Under the pieces are notes generated by a model. That model had not been told where the DNA came from, did no database searches, and worked only from the letters and a program-made list of their open reading frames with translations. From Myxococcota bacterium (GTDB lineage Bacteria; Myxococcota_C; UBA6777): DNA of 20,000 bases. Below, piece after piece: positions 16,857-20,000 of this stretch (positions within the stretch are counted from its first letter, which is position 1; each line of letters starts with the position of its first letter). Made by a program: the position numbers and the translations under genes. The stretch spans positions 53,422 through 73,421 of the forward strand of contig JAKLKB010000043.1 in the NCBI GenBank assembly GCA_023150835.1, written 5' to 3'.

Positions 16857-16966
16857 ACGAAATCCGAATGATGTATACACAAAAGAGAGTACGTAGACGC
16901 CCTATTCTTGGGCAGTCACAGCGGGCTACCCCTACGTTTTACGATCACGCACCCTGCGGATTTCGT
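16857..16966. mobile_element. Family-3 element: 110 bp, 10-bp TIRs, degenerate GTAG REP cargo
   Basis: ACGAAATCCG (16857-16866) and CGGATTTCGT (16957-16966) are a perfect inverted repeat. Interior 16893-16940 is a diverged copy of 1051-1098. Flanks read CTCAC and CTCAG. Confidence 0.7.
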
Positions 16967-16967
16967 C

Positions 16968-17558
16968 TCAGTCGTCGTCTTCGTGTTCGTGTTTTCCTTG
17001 GCGGACAAGAACGACTTCGAGCTTTTGCACGCGGATGCCTCGGCTGTGCAAGTGATCTTTGAGGGCAGGAAGCCGTTGTTTGAGGGTGTGGCGCACTCCT
17101 GCATTCGGTGCAAGCAACGTTGCAGAAAGAACTTTGTTTTGAAAAGAGATGCGGATCTGCAAACCTCCTAAAACCTCTTGCTTGAGTTCGATCCAGTATT
17201 CGTGCGCTCCTTCGGCGGCTTGGCCGACCAAGACTTGCCCGCCGAGCTTGGACATGACGTCTTGTGGGTTTGGAGCCTCACGCTGCGGGAGGCTGTGTAG
17301 CACATCACCTCGTGGACTGAGCAGATCGATATCTTGGATGCCCCCACGCGCATAAGGATCGCTGTACGCCGTCGGCACGCTGTGCGCTCCCACCCGCACC
17401 AAGGCGCTCGGAGATACCACCACTTCAGGAGGTTTGCGCAACGTCGGATTGCCCGTCATAAACGGATCGATCGCTTCGCTTTCGACCTCCAAGGCACGTT
17501 GCTCTTGATGTTTCTTCTGAAGAGAGCGGGATATCCGCCCGCTCGCCTTACGCGCCAT
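16968..17558 (-). CDS. FliK/SctP (hook/needle length-control) C-terminal-domain protein
   Basis: C-terminal IELKQEVLGGLQIRISFQNKVLSATLLAPNAGVRHTLKQRLPALKDHLHSRGIRVQKLEV fits the Flg_hook/T3S4 pattern. Disordered N-terminus; GGAGG RBS. Confidence 0.75.
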   Translation of the reverse strand: MARKASGRISRSLQKKHQEQRALEVESEAIDPFMTGNPTLRKPPEVVVSPSALVRVGAHSVPTAYSDPYARGGIQDIDLLSPRGDVLHSLPQREAPNPQDVMSKLGGQVLVGQAAEGAHEYWIELKQEVLGGLQIRISFQNKVLSATLLAPNAGVRHTLKQRLPALKDHLHSRGIRVQKLEVVLVRQGKHEHEDDD

Positions 17559-17603
17559 GCTCGCCTCCCTCTCGCCTCAACACTTCCCGTCGCACGGCAG
17601 AGA

Positions 17604-18731
17604 CTAAGCACGCATCAAAGAGCGTGCGATCACGATGCGCTGCACTTCGCTGGTTCCTTCGTAGATGGTCGTCACTTTGCAATCCCGCAATCGGCGTTCG
17701 AGCGAATGAAGCTGCGTGCAGCCTTCTTCTCCAAGCAATGTGACGGCTTGTTGGCAGATACGGTTGGCTGACTCCGTCGCAAAAGCTTTTGCCATCGCAG
17801 CTTGGGCGGAAAAAGGCTTACGTTGATCCTTCAACCACGCCGCCCGCAAGATCAGCGCTCGCGCAGCCAAAAGCTCCGACTCCATCTGAGCGATCTGTGC
17901 GCGCTCTTCGCCAAGCAACGAACGCCCTTGTTGTCGCAGCCCTTCGCGCAAATCCTCCATCGCCCCTTTTGCGATGCCCCACGCTTGCGAAGAAACACCG
18001 ATCCGACCGCCATCAAGCGCAGTCATCGCGATCCGAAAACCGCCACCTTTTTCGCTCAAACGACGCGCTTCCACAGGGATCGAACAGTCCCCGAAGTGCA
18101 GCGAAACCGTCGAGGAGGCGCGCAGCCCCATCTTGTCTTCCTTGCGACCGATCGAAAAGCCTACATCATCGGGCTGTACAAGCACCGTACTGATCCCTCG
18201 GCTGCCTTCACCATTGTCGCGCACCCAGACCACAAACACCCCTGCATGCGTTCCCGAAGAGATCCATGTCTTTTCTCCGTTGATGATCCCGCACTCTCCG
18301 TCGATCTGCATCTGCGTTCGCAACGACGCCGCATCCGAACCCGCACCCGGCTCCGATAACGCGAATGAACCCGCGACAAATCCCCCCGACAAGATCGGCA
18401 AAAGATAACGCGCTTGTTGTTCGGGTGTCGCAAAACGCGAAAGCACCTCGGCCACCATACTGCTCACCGCCACCGTCACCGCCGTCGCGCTACACGCCTG
18501 CGCCAACTCCATAATCGAGAGCGCATACGCCACCGTCGTGGCCCCCGGCCCTCCACAGGCTTTTGAGACGGTCAGTCCGACCAATCCCTCCCGCGCATAC
18601 GCCTGCAACGTCTCCGCTGGAAAGTGTTCTTGTTGTTCCCAACGCCCCGCATACGGCGCAACCGCGCTGCGCGCAAAAGCCCGCGCACGCCTTTGTATGT
18701 CCTGTTCTTCCGAAGATATCTGGAAATCCAT
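17604..18731 (-). CDS. Acyl-CoA dehydrogenase
   Basis: FALSEPGAGSDA, INGEKTWIS, KEDKMGLRAS, ALDGGRIGV and TIYEGTSEVQRIVIAR. Confidence 0.96.
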   Translation of the reverse strand: MDFQISSEEQDIQRRARAFARSAVAPYAGRWEQQEHFPAETLQAYAREGLVGLTVSKACGGPGATTVAYALSIMELAQACSATAVTVAVSSMVAEVLSRFATPEQQARYLLPILSGGFVAGSFALSEPGAGSDAASLRTQMQIDGECGIINGEKTWISSGTHAGVFVVWVRDNGEGSRGISTVLVQPDDVGFSIGRKEDKMGLRASSTVSLHFGDCSIPVEARRLSEKGGGFRIAMTALDGGRIGVSSQAWGIAKGAMEDLREGLRQQGRSLLGEERAQIAQMESELLAARALILRAAWLKDQRKPFSAQAAMAKAFATESANRICQQAVTLLGEEGCTQLHSLERRLRDCKVTTIYEGTSEVQRIVIARSLMRA

Positions 18732-18789
18732 CGCTCTCTCCACCTCTACCGACGCGCCCTATGTCGGCGCGCAAAACACAAGGCCCCCA

Positions 18790-19695
18790 CTATACCTGCC
18801 CCGCCCTCGGTTGCAAAGATGATCGCGCCATGCGCACTTGCACCAACACGATCCCACACAAGATCAATACCCCACCCAACAACAAACGCCCGTCGATCAC
18901 TTCACGCAAAAAGATCGCCCCCAAAGCCACACCCACCGGGGGCATCGCATACGTCACCAACGAAGCTCGCGGCCCCCACACCGCAACAAGGCTGTAAAAC
19001 AGAAAATACGCCACCACCGTATGAATCAAGCTCAACGCAATCGTCACCCACCATGCCCATCCCTCGGCCTGAGACAACACCCGCCAAGGCTCCGCACCCA
19101 ACAACAACGGCGGGATCATCGCCAACGCACCAATCAACAACGTCGTCCCCGCGATCACCAACGGCTCCACATGCTTGAGATATCGGCGGATCACGATCAA
19201 GCTCGACGCATAACACGCCGCTGCCCCCATCACCGCAAACTGACCCGCCAACGCATCCCCCCCCATCTGCAACGCCCCCATCGTCCGCAAACTCAAGATC
19301 ACCACCCCCGCAAATCCCAACAACAAACCACCCAGTTTTTGCCATGTCAGCCGCTCATCTTCCACCAAAAAATGCGCCAACAACAAACTAAAAAACGGCG
19401 TCGTCGACGTTAAGATCGTCCCCAAACTGCTATCAATGAACTGTTGACCCCACGACACCAACCCAAACGGCAACGCCGTATTCATCACCCCCACATAAAT
19501 CAACGCCAAACGCCCTTTCTCAGGCCAGATCACCCGCCCCGTCCAACGCAAATACACACAAAATACCGCCGCTGCCAACGTCAACCGAAACCACACCAAT
19601 GTGATCGGATCGATCTGCTTCACGACCAACTTGATCAACACATACGAAGATCCCCAGATCAACGCCAGCGCCACAAAACGCAACCATGCTTGCAT
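18790..19695 (-). CDS. EamA/DMT-family transporter
   Basis: ALIWGSSY, LVWFRL, SSLGTILTSTTPFF, EDERLT, LVTYAMPPVGVALGAIFLRE; about 10 hydrophobic helices. Confidence 0.94.
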   Translation of the reverse strand: MQAWLRFVALALIWGSSYVLIKLVVKQIDPITLVWFRLTLAAAVFCVYLRWTGRVIWPEKGRLALIYVGVMNTALPFGLVSWGQQFIDSSLGTILTSTTPFFSLLLAHFLVEDERLTWQKLGGLLLGFAGVVILSLRTMGALQMGGDALAGQFAVMGAAACYASSLIVIRRYLKHVEPLVIAGTTLLIGALAMIPPLLLGAEPWRVLSQAEGWAWWVTIALSLIHTVVAYFLFYSLVAVWGPRASLVTYAMPPVGVALGAIFLREVIDGRLLLGGVLILCGIVLVQVRMARSSLQPRAGQV

Positions 19696-19873
19696 CGTGC
19701 TTCTTATCCCATCCATACGAAAAAAAGGCATCCCCCCACATCCTTTTCGGGGCTTGCCAAAAGAGGCGCACAATGTGTTTCTTGGGAGGATTCTTGGCAA
19801 GTGGCCCCCACTCTCCTGTTTTTGTGATGCGTTCTGTTTTTGTGATGCGTCCTGTTTTTGTGGGGCGCTGCCC

Positions 19874-20000
19874 CATACGCGCCTTGTTAAGCGGAGGAAA
19901 GCCCCCCACCCCGCCCTCCCCCGTGAACAGGGGAGGGAGCGAAAGTCGGAAGCATCGGGGATTTTGTTTTTTCATGACGCACGCTGTATGCACGAAATGC
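19874..20000. mobile_element. Family-2 IS4/IS231-like element, second copy (truncated by the window edge)
   Basis: GGGCGCTGCCC (19863-19873) followed by CATACGCGCCTTGTTAAG. 19889-20000 is the reverse complement of 6939-7078, identical except for the 28-bp duplication. Confidence 0.85.

Overview
Bacterial chromosomal window with a Myxococcota-like gene repertoire (lineage is an inference). It holds 14 supportable CDSs: a partial unknown gene, a PAP2 phosphatase, an ABC-F ATPase, a 649-aa Pro/Thr-repeat protein with a Gly/Ala-rich hydrophobic C-terminus, a HupE/UreJ protein, an M23 peptidase lipoprotein, an XPB-like helicase plus DUF790/Bax1-like nuclease pair, a class II cyclic-nucleotide phosphodiesterase-like MBL hydrolase, folC, a membrane Ser/Thr kinase, an orphan FliK/SctP C-terminal-domain protein, an acyl-CoA dehydrogenase and an EamA transporter. 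The most unusual signal is non-coding: three families of small non-autonomous elements with terminal inverted repeats (TIRs), each carrying hairpin cargo. Family 1 (about 165 bp, 4 copies in alternating orientation) sits just after the stop codons of four consecutive genes. Family 2 is IS231/IS4-like (CAT-N10-TTAAG ends, 11-bp GGG-N5-CCC duplication) and occurs twice beside the same GGGCGCTGCCC hairpin sequence, once demonstrably inside a family-1 copy. Family 3 carries a GTAG-type REP. No transposase, RNA gene or CRISPR array was found. All calls come from motif reading by eye; no database search was run.
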